Virus record (IMG/VR): IMGVR_UViG_3300038409_000069
Location: 6,377 to 70,376 of that record
Direction: 5' to 3' (one strand)
From: a virus
Length of the DNA stretch: 64,000 nucleotides
Below are positions 37,889 to 46,871 of the stretch, piece after piece. Positions within the stretch are counted from its first letter, which is position 1. Each line of letters opens with the position of its first letter. Under the pieces are notes generated by a model. It searched no databases, had not been told where the DNA came from, and saw nothing but the letters and a program-made list of their open reading frames with translations. A program made the position numbers and the translations under genes.

Positions 37889-38487
37889 GCCTTGTACCAG
37901 CGTTCGAGGACGATCTTGCGCTTGTCTTCCGGCAGGCCTTCGAGGGCGCGGATCACGGATTCAGGCGGGCATTGCTTGGGTTGCTCTATCGCCCTCTCAT
38001 GCGTTTTGCGGGCCTGGCGGATGGTCTGGAGGGCTTGGGCGGCTGCTCTGTCTGCTTCGAGTTCGGCGAGGCAGATATTGACGAATGCGCCGGGCTCGAC
38101 GCGCATGTAGGCGTCCGTGCCTTCGATAATGCTGTCCATCATCGTGTCGAAGTCTTCGTCATCGGCGACAATGCGCTGGATGAATTGCAGGTCTTCGGTC
38201 ACCGTGCCGCGATCGATATCGAATATCTGCGCCAGCATCCATATGGGATAGTTCTTGCCCTGGAGATAGTAGAGGATGGTCCTGCGGACAGAAAGCGCAT
38301 CATCGCCGCTCCTGGGCTTGAGGGCGCGGCGTTCGCCGACCTTGAGGCGCTTGGCAATGAGGCCGGCCGCGTCTCTGGCATGGACCAGAAGCTCGCGATC
38401 GATTGGGCGCGGCGCCTTCTTGGGCTTGGCGTCGTCAGGACACCCATTGTCGGTCTTGGAGACGTAGCGGTCTGAGGCTGGGATCAT
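37867..38487 (-). CDS. HTH protein, candidate late transcription regulator
   Basis: YPIWMLAQIFDIDRGTVTEDL HTH-like segment; immediately upstream of terS. Confidence 0.6.
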   Translation of the reverse strand: MIPASDRYVSKTDNGCPDDAKPKKAPRPIDRELLVHARDAAGLIAKRLKVGERRALKPRSGDDALSVRRTILYYLQGKNYPIWMLAQIFDIDRGTVTEDLQFIQRIVADDEDFDTMMDSIIEGTDAYMRVEPGAFVNICLAELEADRAAAQALQTIRQARKTHERAIEQPKQCPPESVIRALEGLPEDKRKIVLERWYKATPLKVA

Positions 38488-38524
38488 GCTTTGCACTGTA
38501 AGTGATTTACAGCGCGCGCGGGTT

Positions 38525-38803
38525 TCACTCCAGTGTCTGCTTTGGTTCGCCGTCAGGAGGAAGGATCAAATCCTTGCGCATGAGCAGGTAGGAGCCGCAG
38601 AATGCGACGGCCATCTTGATCGCGAGAACGACAAGGCCGGGAAGCGCGACGCTGGTCTTGAGCCCTTCGAAAATGTGAAGTTCGACCCGCTGAGGGTCTT
38701 CAAAGTCGAAGCGTGTGGAGACGGCCAGCGCAAGGATGAGCGCTCCGAGGATCATTTGCGCGCTGACGGCGAGCCGGCGGCGTAAGGCGGGAGAGCGGAT
38801 CAT
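38525..38803 (-). CDS. two-TM membrane protein, possible holin
   Basis: 92 aa with two hydrophobic helices and a charged C-terminus. Confidence 0.5.
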   Translation of the reverse strand: MIRSPALRRRLAVSAQMILGALILALAVSTRFDFEDPQRVELHIFEGLKTSVALPGLVVLAIKMAVAFCGSYLLMRKDLILPPDGEPKQTLE

Positions 38804-39246
38804 ACAGCTACCGACAATTCAGGTTGTGCGGTCCGCGCCGCTCGTCTGGCCCGGGGCTTCTGGGCTTGCGCGGCGGACGCGCCGAGCCGTTCGTTAAAAA
38901 ACTTCATCATCAGGTCGAGCTTTTCGTCAAGCCGTTTCTCAACCTGCTTGAGCTGCTCGACGAGGGTTGTGACGCTTTCGCCCTTGTCGGTCAGCGTCTG
39001 GCGCAATTGCCCGTGTTCGGTCTTGAGGGCGTTATGGTCTTTCTGGTACTGCTCGGCGTGCTCGGTGATGCGCTGATTGATGCCCTCCAGCTCCGCCCTG
39101 AGCATGTCCTTGAGCGCGTCAAGCTTCAAGTCCTGCTTGGCTTCGAGCCAGCGCACCGCCATGTGCAGGGCGACCCAGCCGCCGCCGGCGAGAAAGGCCG
39201 CGACAATCAATTGCCAGATAAAGCCCGGATCGATCGTGAACGTCAT
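38800..39246 (-). CDS. single-TM coiled-coil protein (holin/antiholin-like)
   Basis: IWQLIVAAFLAGGGWVAL followed by a long coiled coil. Confidence 0.55.
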   Translation of the reverse strand: MTFTIDPGFIWQLIVAAFLAGGGWVALHMAVRWLEAKQDLKLDALKDMLRAELEGINQRITEHAEQYQKDHNALKTEHGQLRQTLTDKGESVTTLVEQLKQVEKRLDEKLDLMMKFFNERLGASAAQAQKPRARRAARTAQPELSVAV

Positions 39247-39396
39247 GCATGCCGGTTCCCGTCCGTCGCCTCAAACGCTCCCCGATCCCCTGACGGCCAC
39301 ATATCCTGTGATCGTGATAGCCCGCGGGTCGGGGTGTTGCGCTTGGGAAGCAACGGAGGGGATATTGACATGGATCAAGGCTTGTGCGGGCTTGGT

Positions 39397-39798
39397 CTAC
39401 GCCGTGCGACGGCCAAGGTGATCACTCAACATCTTTGCCGCCGGCGCCAAGTTCCCGCTTCGCCAAGCTCGCCAGATCGCCTCGCCCTCGTTTCCACCTT
39501 TGAACAGGTACTTCGAATCGTACCAGCCTGACTCGTCGCGCTGGGCGCGACCCAACCAGAGCTTCAGCGCGTATCCTTCGTTCGCCAGCCACAAAGTGAT
39601 GTCGAGTTTTTCGCAGTACATCACGTACTGGTCGCCGACCCAATCGCTTGGTTCGGTCTGTCGGATGCGGGCGGCCAGCTCGCGGACCGGTTTGCTCACG
39701 AAATGCGAGCGCGCCCAGCCGAACCACAGCGGCGCGGTGCAAAGCCCGATGAGTCCGGCGCCGAGGCCAAACACAAATGCCAGGAAGGGGTCGATCAT
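39397..39798 (-). CDS. hypothetical membrane-anchored protein
   Basis: N-terminal TM; GAGG RBS. Confidence 0.6.
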   Translation of the reverse strand: MIDPFLAFVFGLGAGLIGLCTAPLWFGWARSHFVSKPVRELAARIRQTEPSDWVGDQYVMYCEKLDITLWLANEGYALKLWLGRAQRDESGWYDSKYLFKGGNEGEAIWRAWRSGNLAPAAKMLSDHLGRRTA

Positions 39799-40004
39799 AT
39801 CGTTTCCTCGTGCTTGGCCTCGGGGAGACTGCCGCCATAGCCGTAAAGGACGCGGCGCAGCCGCTTGTGCTTCTCAAAGCTCTCCGGGTCCTTCGTGCGC
39901 CAAATGTCGTCGTTCCAAACCATCTTGCCCGTCTCGCGGTCGATGGTCGTTGTACGTCATACGAGCGTTGTACCGCTCGGCGGCGCGTTGGACGGCGTGG
40001 GCGG

Positions 40005-40229
40005 TCATGCGTCGGCGCCTCCATCTTCGTCGAACTTCCACCGCTCGGTGGCGATAGCTTGGTAGAGGTCGTGAAGCTTCTCGCTGACCTCTTCGGCGAG
40101 CGCCTTTAGGTGCGGCGTCTCGTCGACCGCGCGGTGCTCGAGAACGAACAGGTCGAACGTCTGCTCGACCATGCACGCGCGGTCCATGGCTTCGTGAAAG
40201 TTCCAGGCGTCGAGAGGTTCGTCGCTCAT
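40005..40229 (-). CDS. hypothetical protein
   Basis: ATGA coupling; helical FHEAMDR...LYQAI. Confidence 0.6.
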   Translation of the reverse strand: MSDEPLDAWNFHEAMDRACMVEQTFDLFVLEHRAVDETPHLKALAEEVSEKLHDLYQAIATERWKFDEDGGADA

Positions 40230-40495
40230 GGCCCTAGCCCCACGGATGTCGACGAGCAGCAGAACGGACGACGCGGAGGCAAGCCAGCTTCCTGCCTGCT
40301 GATGGCGCCGGTCTTTTCCCAGCAGGCATAACGCCAACCGAAGCACCACAGGGCATGAGCGCGAGAGCCTGTGTAATGCGGGTTCGCCCAGACAGACTTG
40401 CCGGCGCGAAACGCGCGTTCGCCTTGCTCGGCTTCGGCCGTGAACAGCAATGCGCGTTGGGCTTTTGTCGGGGCGGGGATTTTGCGCGCAGTCAT
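40226..40495 (-). CDS. Rmf/CrpP-fold-like small protein
   Basis: GERAFRAGKSVWANPH...WCFGW. Confidence 0.5.
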   Translation of the reverse strand: MTARKIPAPTKAQRALLFTAEAEQGERAFRAGKSVWANPHYTGSRAHALWCFGWRYACWEKTGAISRQEAGLPPRRPFCCSSTSVGLGP

Positions 40496-40707
40496 AGCGG
40501 CTTTCCGACAAGTTCGTTCGGGCCGTCCCACGAAAAGCGCAATTGTTGCCCGCGAGCCTGCGCGAGCCCGGATGCGACTTCCGGCAACCGTTCCGCCACA
40601 CGCTCTCTCGTCTTGTCGAAGATGAGCAGGCCCGGCATGTCGATGCTCGAGCCCTGCCAGATGCCCGAATCCAGGTCCAATGCGATTTGAATGCGGAGAC
40701 GGGTCAT
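40492..40707 (-). CDS. HicB-like (DUF1902-type) small protein
   Basis: GIWQGSSIDMPGL...TRERVAERLPEV. Confidence 0.55.
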   Translation of the reverse strand: MTRLRIQIALDLDSGIWQGSSIDMPGLLIFDKTRERVAERLPEVASGLAQARGQQLRFSWDGPNELVGKPL

Positions 40708-41537
40708 GCTTCCTCCAGCATGCGGATGAGTTGGGCGCGTTCTTTGGGCGTGAGGAGATGGCCGCGCTCGCCGATCTTTTTCGCGAGCGCTTTGAAGGGG
40801 CTCTTTGGGGGGCGCGCTTGTTTCTTGCGGCGTCCGGCGGCGACCATGCCAGCGTTGGGCGTTAGTTCGCCTGCGAGAACCTTCGCGTGGATTTCTTTGT
40901 GGTTCTCGCGAAGGACGCGGAGGGCACGAGCAGATGAAGTTCCCGTTGGCGCCGGGATACAACCTTGTATCTCCTCTTTCTGTGCGATACAAGGTTGTTT
41001 TTGTTTGGAGGCGTTCTTGTTCCCTTTCGGGGCACCGCCTAGTGGCGCATCGCGCAGTCTCTGAAGCTCCACATCCTCCGCGTTGATCCTGTTGGCTCTG
41101 TTGGCGCGCTCCCTCGATTTAGCGACGCGCCGCTCCGCCTCATCCCTTGAAATCTCGTGGCGAGTGAAGCGGTCATATGTGTCCTTCAGCTCGTCGTACT
41201 TACCGAGCCACGGCTCGATGAGCTTCGAGTACATGGCCTCAAACGAGCCGTAGTTTACCACCTCACAACGGGCGGCGCTGTCCACGGGCGCAACGAGGTC
41301 CTTATTCCAGTCCAGCTTTTCGGCGCGCTCCAGCATTTCACAGAGCACTGGGAACATGCTGGTATGCGCATCGCCGATGCCTATGAATCGGCCCAGGAGA
41401 TATTCCTGACTTTCCGGATTTTTGCCGCGCAGATGTTTGCCCATGACCGTATCGAGCGGACCGTAGGCATCATCCCGAGCGCGCCCGCGAGCCTTCAGGC
41501 TCTCCGGCACTCGCATAAGCGGCATCTGCTTATTCAT
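40704..41537 (-). CDS. hypothetical DNA-binding phage protein
   Basis: GGAPKGNKNA; GTSSARALRVL...VLAGELTPNAGMVAAG. Confidence 0.65.
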   Translation of the reverse strand: MNKQMPLMRVPESLKARGRARDDAYGPLDTVMGKHLRGKNPESQEYLLGRFIGIGDAHTSMFPVLCEMLERAEKLDWNKDLVAPVDSAARCEVVNYGSFEAMYSKLIEPWLGKYDELKDTYDRFTRHEISRDEAERRVAKSRERANRANRINAEDVELQRLRDAPLGGAPKGNKNASKQKQPCIAQKEEIQGCIPAPTGTSSARALRVLRENHKEIHAKVLAGELTPNAGMVAAGRRKKQARPPKSPFKALAKKIGERGHLLTPKERAQLIRMLEEA

Positions 41538-44184
41538 CGCCGTACAACCTTCTCAGCTTCAACCGACGCAGAAATATTAGGATCAGCTTCTTGACCTGCT
41601 GCTTGGTGTCGGGATGCTGAATCAGATACTGGACGCCGCCGTTATTAAGATCGCTGGCGTTATTGACCTCGTCCACCTCGAACAAGTGGCACAACGCCTT
41701 GTTCAACAAGCTCATGACTTGGGCAACGGCTTCGCTGCGGTCCTGAAAAATGCCGCGACCTAGCAGCTCGTTCGCGAAGCGCATCCCCTCCCTACTGAGA
41801 ATGCCCGGATTGTCCTTGGATTTGTAAAGATCATAGAGTTTGCTCAGCGGCGGATAGAGGCGCATCTTTTCCGCGTGCATCGCCTTGGCTGGCGCCAGTT
41901 TGAGATTAGCGTTCACACATTCGAGGAATTCCGCCCGCTCGGCCTCGTCCAGCGAATTGGTTTCGTATATCCACTGGCGTAATTCGTCGGCGGTTATGTC
42001 CTTCGCATCCTTGGGATGTTCCTTTAGAATTGCGCGCAGGGGCGCGATAGTTTCCGGAAGCGCAGTAAGGTCGCGCCGGTAATCTGGATCGGTTATTACG
42101 GCCTTAGCGTGCCGCTTGGCCCTCTCGATAAACTTCCCATCATTCTCGGGAAAAGTGTCCGACACAAGCTTACCGAGCCACGCGTCGTCATCGACATCCA
42201 AGGGACCGTCGCTTTCAATCCGCTGCTCGATAACGTGCTCAAGCTGAAACTTATCATGCTCCGTAAATGGCGATCCCTGTGGGTCAATATCCGGATCTCC
42301 CGGCTGGCCTACATCTCCTCTTAGGAGGTCGCCCCAGGTAGGAAGCGCGGCCTTGCTAAGAAGGTCGTCCATCCCATGCAACCAATCGCGTGCGGTCCGC
42401 ATCGAATGGTCTGTTTGTCCGCGTTTCGGTCCGCGCTTCGGAAAGAGATACCGAGTCGTCACAAACTCTGCGAGAGAGCGATCGCCCAGAAAGAACTTCA
42501 GGTGCGATGGAAGGCGGCTTCCCCTGCCGTCCAATTGCACTTGCCAGGATATTGATTGCTCCTGCCCGATATCCACGATGAGAAGACACGGCCAATTATT
42601 GAGACCACGAACCCCCATATCGACAATGAACTGAATGCGGGCAGACAAGTCGTCGCATCGGCCGCCGTTATGCTTCGCGCGGAACCATGGATGGATCAGT
42701 CCTCGTTTGGCGGAGAATGAGCGCTCCTCCTCCGGAAGTTTTCGCTCCTCAAAGGAATATCCATTCCAGGAGAGGCGGCTCTCGATCTGGCCGTACATGA
42801 TCGCGGTGCGCCAACCCGCACCGGAGAATGACTCTCGCGCTAAAGAGTTCTCAACGTGAGCAGCCAGTTGATCCGCAAGTTCACAACTTTCGTGGCGCAC
42901 GAGAATGTGAGGGCTGTACCAATGGTCAGGGGCACGCGCCTTCATCCGCTCTTCGAGATCACGCGCAATATGGATTGCATCCATCACTGCGGCGAGGTCG
43001 CTTGCGGCGCTTACCGATTCATCATGGGCGCCTGTATAGCTAACTACACGCCCGCGCTCGAAGGCATCATAGGCGCCTGGGATACACTCTCTGATATATC
43101 CACGATCTATGGAATCTTGGCTCCATGGCGGAATGATTTTAAGGCACTCATCCGCTGCTCGAACATCTTCATAGCTGGCGGCATACCCGAGCACGAAATA
43201 GGGAGGGAGCTTGCCGAGCCCGAATTGTTGCAGAAACTGTCCCTTTGCGTCGGTGGGCGACGCTGTGACGCCAAATTTCAAAGCGTCGCCGCCAAGTCTC
43301 ACGAGACGCGATGTCTGCTCCGCAGCAAAATCGCACTCATCCCAAATAATGACATCAAATTGAGACAGCGTGGCCTTAACAGCATCATCGCTACGGTTCT
43401 CGTTATCAGACTCATCCTTCCAGAGAGATTGTGGGCACGCCACGAGAATATCGTTGAATCCGGGGCCTCTTTGAAGTTGGGCAGATCCGTTTGCAATGGC
43501 GACCTGCGGCGCGCGAGTATGTAGACCTAGCTCAACCACTTCCGCGCGAAGTTCGCGCATCAACTGCTTTGCGAGTTCTCGCTCGGGCACGAGCCAAAGT
43601 ACGCGCCGCGCCCGCTTGCGCCGACCGACCGTCTTTAACACACCCTCATTTAGCGCCAGCAGCAGCGCAATCATAAGCATCGTTTTGCCGCCTCCTGGCG
43701 GTAAAACGATCAAGGACAAGTATCGCGAAAGGATGCTTCGCTTCTCAGGGTCCGTGAATAATTCGAGGAACGTCTCAACATTCTGCGGCCCCGCGAGCAT
43801 TTGAGTCACGCGAAGATTATCGTATGAAGCGCGCGAATCGAACCAATTCTCCTGAGCGTACCGGTCGTCTGGCTTGGCGCCGTAATTTCTATTTGCATTC
43901 GGGCCGCCGGAGCGACAGGTCAGCTTGCTATTCGAGAACGTGAACGGTCCGCCATCGGACCGCGGTGTCCGGTGGCTAGTATCTAATGGGATGCGTCCAT
44001 TTTCGCATGGCGCCCCACAAACCTCGTTACACACCCCCTCCACAAGGTTTTCGCAGACGTCGCCATTCTCATGGAAACGCAGGCACAAAAGACGCCAATC
44101 GTCCGCCGACATATCGCTTGGTTTATTGAGTGGCAGCTCAAATTCCGGCTGCGAGTCAAAAAGCTGCTTTTGTTCATTGCTCAT
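41530..44184 (-). CDS. SF2 (DExD, ResIII-like) helicase/ATPase with an N-terminal HNH-like domain
   Basis: Walker A LPPGGGKT; VLWLVP; WDECD; TAS; GVRGLN; QLDGRGSR; N-terminal Cys cluster and SHRTPRSDGG...NSKLTC. Confidence 0.8.
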   Translation of the reverse strand: MSNEQKQLFDSQPEFELPLNKPSDMSADDWRLLCLRFHENGDVCENLVEGVCNEVCGAPCENGRIPLDTSHRTPRSDGGPFTFSNSKLTCRSGGPNANRNYGAKPDDRYAQENWFDSRASYDNLRVTQMLAGPQNVETFLELFTDPEKRSILSRYLSLIVLPPGGGKTMLMIALLLALNEGVLKTVGRRKRARRVLWLVPERELAKQLMRELRAEVVELGLHTRAPQVAIANGSAQLQRGPGFNDILVACPQSLWKDESDNENRSDDAVKATLSQFDVIIWDECDFAAEQTSRLVRLGGDALKFGVTASPTDAKGQFLQQFGLGKLPPYFVLGYAASYEDVRAADECLKIIPPWSQDSIDRGYIRECIPGAYDAFERGRVVSYTGAHDESVSAASDLAAVMDAIHIARDLEERMKARAPDHWYSPHILVRHESCELADQLAAHVENSLARESFSGAGWRTAIMYGQIESRLSWNGYSFEERKLPEEERSFSAKRGLIHPWFRAKHNGGRCDDLSARIQFIVDMGVRGLNNWPCLLIVDIGQEQSISWQVQLDGRGSRLPSHLKFFLGDRSLAEFVTTRYLFPKRGPKRGQTDHSMRTARDWLHGMDDLLSKAALPTWGDLLRGDVGQPGDPDIDPQGSPFTEHDKFQLEHVIEQRIESDGPLDVDDDAWLGKLVSDTFPENDGKFIERAKRHAKAVITDPDYRRDLTALPETIAPLRAILKEHPKDAKDITADELRQWIYETNSLDEAERAEFLECVNANLKLAPAKAMHAEKMRLYPPLSKLYDLYKSKDNPGILSREGMRFANELLGRGIFQDRSEAVAQVMSLLNKALCHLFEVDEVNNASDLNNGGVQYLIQHPDTKQQVKKLILIFLRRLKLRRLYGDE

Positions 44185-44831
44185 GCGATTGCCATTGCTC
44201 CATTCAAAAGCCCAAGGTCCGCCAACGCCTGAGGCGATGGCAGCCGTTTCTTCCGTTCCACCTTTCGGGAGGGAGCGCGCTGCTGCTGCCCTTGGGTAGC
44301 AAGCAGCGGCGCGCGACCGAGGCACGGCGCCGCCGGAGAAGACTCTTCTTTCTTTGGTTCTGGATCTGGATATGGTTTAGCAAAAAGCGGCGCTTGATTT
44401 TCCGAGACTTTTTCGTTTTGGCTTGGCAAGTCACTTTCGAAGTCACTTCCAGAGTCACTTGCCAAGTCACTTGCGAAGTGGCGCGCGGCGGCGCCCTTTT
44501 TCCCCTGCTCCGAATACTCTTCCCAACGGCGCTCCATCTTGCCCAATTCGACGATGGCGCGGCCGTTCGAAATCATGCCGCCGGCGATCGTGATCTTCTT
44601 CGCCTCGACGAGTTCGCGCTTGATCCGCTTCCACCGTTGCGTGGTCGTGTTGGCCTGGCGCGCCAGCCAAATGTCGTCGTCGGCGATCGGCCCGGCTTCC
44701 TCGTAAATCAGGTCGAGGATGAGGTTATAGGCGCCGCGCTGCTCCAGGTTCAGCTTCGCCATTCCGCGCAACGCATTGGCCTGATACCGTGGGTAGTAGG
44801 GCATCTTGTGAAAGACTTCCGGAGATGTCAT
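44181..44831 (-). CDS. replication initiator (DUF1376/YdaU-like)
   Basis: GAGGAG RBS; MPYYPRY...LEQRGAYNLILDLIY; GKKGA; internal iterons. Confidence 0.8.
   Translation of the reverse strand: MTSPEVFHKMPYYPRYQANALRGMAKLNLEQRGAYNLILDLIYEEAGPIADDDIWLARQANTTTQRWKRIKRELVEAKKITIAGGMISNGRAIVELGKMERRWEEYSEQGKKGAAARHFASDLASDSGSDFESDLPSQNEKVSENQAPLFAKPYPDPEPKKEESSPAAPCLGRAPLLATQGQQQRAPSRKVERKKRLPSPQALADLGLLNGAMAIA
44428..44480. repeat. iterons of a lambdoid replication origin
   Basis: AAGTCACTT-type units at a 12-bp period (44428, 44440, 44452, 44464, partial 44476) next to a T-rich tract at 44345-44425, inside the initiator gene. Confidence 0.8.
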
Positions 44832-44865
44832 ATTCTCCTCGTTCAACGTGTGAGTGATTGGAATA

Positions 44866-44905
44866 TCGGCGGCTCGGCGGTGACACGCCGGCCGCCGAAT
44901 TTTTT
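44866..44905 (+). terminator. antisense-strand terminator (oop-like geometry)
   Basis: TCGGCGGCTCGGCG-gtgaca-CGCCGGCCGCCGA followed by ATTTTTT. Confidence 0.55.
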
Positions 44906-45152
44906 AGGGTAAGCCCTTCTCCGGCAGCGTGGACTTGGATGCCCTCGGATAGTGCCTGATCACGAGCGCGAGCTTTGAATCCTCGATCTCGCCGAGGACT
45001 TGAAAGAAGGCTTCCGGCAATGCCGGGCCTTCCGCGTCCCAGGTGATTTCGATGCAGCAGCGCTTTGGGGCTGTCTCCATCCGGCGTCTGAATTCAGCCA
45101 TGTTGAGGCTGGAGTCGGGGCCGAGGATGCGGCGGGGGAGGCCGGTGCTCAT
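44904..45152 (-). CDS. hypothetical protein
   Basis: ATGA coupling; GAGGAG RBS. Confidence 0.5.
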   Translation of the reverse strand: MSTGLPRRILGPDSSLNMAEFRRRMETAPKRCCIEITWDAEGPALPEAFFQVLGEIEDSKLALVIRHYPRASKSTLPEKGLP

Positions 45153-45403
45153 GTCGTCTCCTCGAATTTCTTGCGGTAGACGGGAGGGGACTTGATGCGC
45201 TGGTCTGGGCCGGCGGCGCGCTTCACGTAGGTGCGCGCTTTCATCGGCCCGTGAGTCGAAGAGACGCGCTCGAGTTCGACGACCTTGCCTTCCCTCTTGA
45301 TGAGGGATTCAGCCGGGACGCGGACGATCTCCGCGCTCGGAGCCGCCAAGGCGATGAGGTAGAGCTTGTCCTTGGGGACGGGCGCGAGGTTGTCGAACTT
45401 CAT
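45149..45403 (-). CDS. hypothetical protein
   Basis: GGGAG RBS; ATGA coupling. Confidence 0.55.
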   Translation of the reverse strand: MKFDNLAPVPKDKLYLIALAAPSAEIVRVPAESLIKREGKVVELERVSSTHGPMKARTYVKRAAGPDQRIKSPPVYRKKFEETT

Positions 45404-45774
45404 TCTCCCTCTCCCTTTTCGCTGGGGTTGGGAGGAAGAGGGACCGGTTGCCAGAAGAGCGGCTCCAGATATGGAGCCGGGACGTTTGGGTCCATGCACG
45501 AAACCCAACCCTGCTTACCCCCAAAGCGCCAATACCCCTCACACGCAAACGGATCTTTTCCGCCATAGCAGGCGAGCAAGATGCGAACCGCCATGCCGAA
45601 GCGGTCCGGCTCCTTCGGCGCCGTCTCGATCGGTTGCCAGCCTTCGGAGATTGTGAAGCCGGCTACCTTCGCGGCAAACATCACGTCGTCCGTCATGCGC
45701 GCTGCATCGCGTTCGCTCAGATTGTCGTCGCCTTCGAGAAGGGAGCCGATCAGAAGTTTTCTCACTTTGCTCAT
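45400..45774 (-). CDS. DUF551-like phage protein
   Basis: GWQPIETAPK...WQPVPLPP. Confidence 0.65.
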   Translation of the reverse strand: MSKVRKLLIGSLLEGDDNLSERDAARMTDDVMFAAKVAGFTISEGWQPIETAPKEPDRFGMAVRILLACYGGKDPFACEGYWRFGGKQGWVSCMDPNVPAPYLEPLFWQPVPLPPNPSEKGEGE

Positions 45775-46259
45775 GCCGCCCTCCGTCCCTGATGCTTGTC
45801 GACGACGATTTTGAGGTGTTCTTTGCAGTACGGGCGGTTTGCTTCGTTCTGTGCGATCGGCTGGCCGCAGCAGGGCGAATGCGCGTTTACGGGGCCAAGG
45901 GCCGGGCCGAAGATGAAAGCGCACTGAGACGGTTTGCGCTTCGAGAACGGGATCGGGTCAGGCGGCGGGACGCGCTCGGGCGGGGCCTTGCATCGGGGCG
46001 GATGCGGGATGGCCGCGGGGTTGCGCTTCGCCTGCATCAATTGCTTGGCGTGCTTCGAGAGCTGCGCCTGTTTGGACGTGGGCGTGCCGATGCGAACGAG
46101 TTTGCCGATTACGGCGTTGCGCGTGACGTTCGCGCCTGGCTCCGCAAGATTGATCGCATTGGCGATCTGACTTGCAGACATCCCGGCCACCTGGAATTGT
46201 CGCAGGAGGCGGACGCGGTCGTCGGTCCAACGGTTCGGCTGGTTGTCGCCTCTAGGCAT
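45771..46259 (-). CDS. gcrA: GcrA-family cell-cycle transcriptional regulator
   Basis: WTDDRVRLL...GMSASQIA...VTRNAVIGKLVRIG; C-terminal QCAFIFG...CCG...PYCKEH. Confidence 0.88.
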   Translation of the reverse strand: MPRGDNQPNRWTDDRVRLLRQFQVAGMSASQIANAINLAEPGANVTRNAVIGKLVRIGTPTSKQAQLSKHAKQLMQAKRNPAAIPHPPRCKAPPERVPPPDPIPFSKRKPSQCAFIFGPALGPVNAHSPCCGQPIAQNEANRPYCKEHLKIVVDKHQGRRAA

Positions 46260-46605
46260 CGAACACCCCCGGATGCGCGACCTCGTCGATAAGGCGCAGC
46301 ATGTGTCTTCGCGCTTTGTTGCTGACCCGACGCGCTCCGCGGCCTCGCTGTGAAGCTTGCGGATAGGCGATGAGAGCGTAAGCTGCTTCGCACCAGGCGA
46401 GACGCTCGCGTTCCGAACCAAACACCGCGTCGTTGCGCTCAGACGCGCTGTGGGCGCGCAGAACCGCCAGGGGCGGCATCCGTAGGCCCTTCGGGTTCAG
46501 CGGGGTTTCTGAGGCAGTCTGTGCAGATTGTGCGCCAACTGGTCCGGCTTGCGCCGGCGCAGCCCCGAAGACGACGGCGCCGAGAGCGGCGAAGAGGCTT
46601 TTCAT
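46252..46605 (-). CDS. hypothetical protein
   Basis: Coupled ORF in the Cro-side operon. Confidence 0.55.
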   Translation of the reverse strand: MKSLFAALGAVVFGAAPAQAGPVGAQSAQTASETPLNPKGLRMPPLAVLRAHSASERNDAVFGSERERLAWCEAAYALIAYPQASQRGRGARRVSNKARRHMLRLIDEVAHPGVFDA

Positions 46606-46871
46606 GAGCGCCCTCCGAACATGTCGGGCGTGTCTGGGCAGCGCTCAGGCTTGGGCGCATCCTCGTCTTCGCGCTCGTCGAACTCGGGGCAGCCTCGACA
46701 ATCGCTCTCGTTGACGCGGTGTGGCGACTTCCGATCGATCAGGTCATGAACCCATTGAGGGGCCTCGATGTAGGCGTCCCATACGCTGTCATGGTCGCCA
46801 TTGTCGGCGCGATAGGGCCAATGGCAGCTAGTGCCGTCGCCGTAGATGCAGGTTGCGCAGGTCTGGCTCAT
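46602..46871 (-). CDS. Cys-rich hypothetical protein
   Basis: CATC...C...CRGC; RCPDTPDMF C-terminus. Confidence 0.6.
   Translation of the reverse strand: MSQTCATCIYGDGTSCHWPYRADNGDHDSVWDAYIEAPQWVHDLIDRKSPHRVNESDCRGCPEFDEREDEDAPKPERCPDTPDMFGGRS

Noticed and set aside
39301-39345. Eighth copy of the late promoter motif upstream of the holin-like genes
   Set aside because: AACACCCCG is present but no -10-like hexamer lies at the 17-nt spacing.
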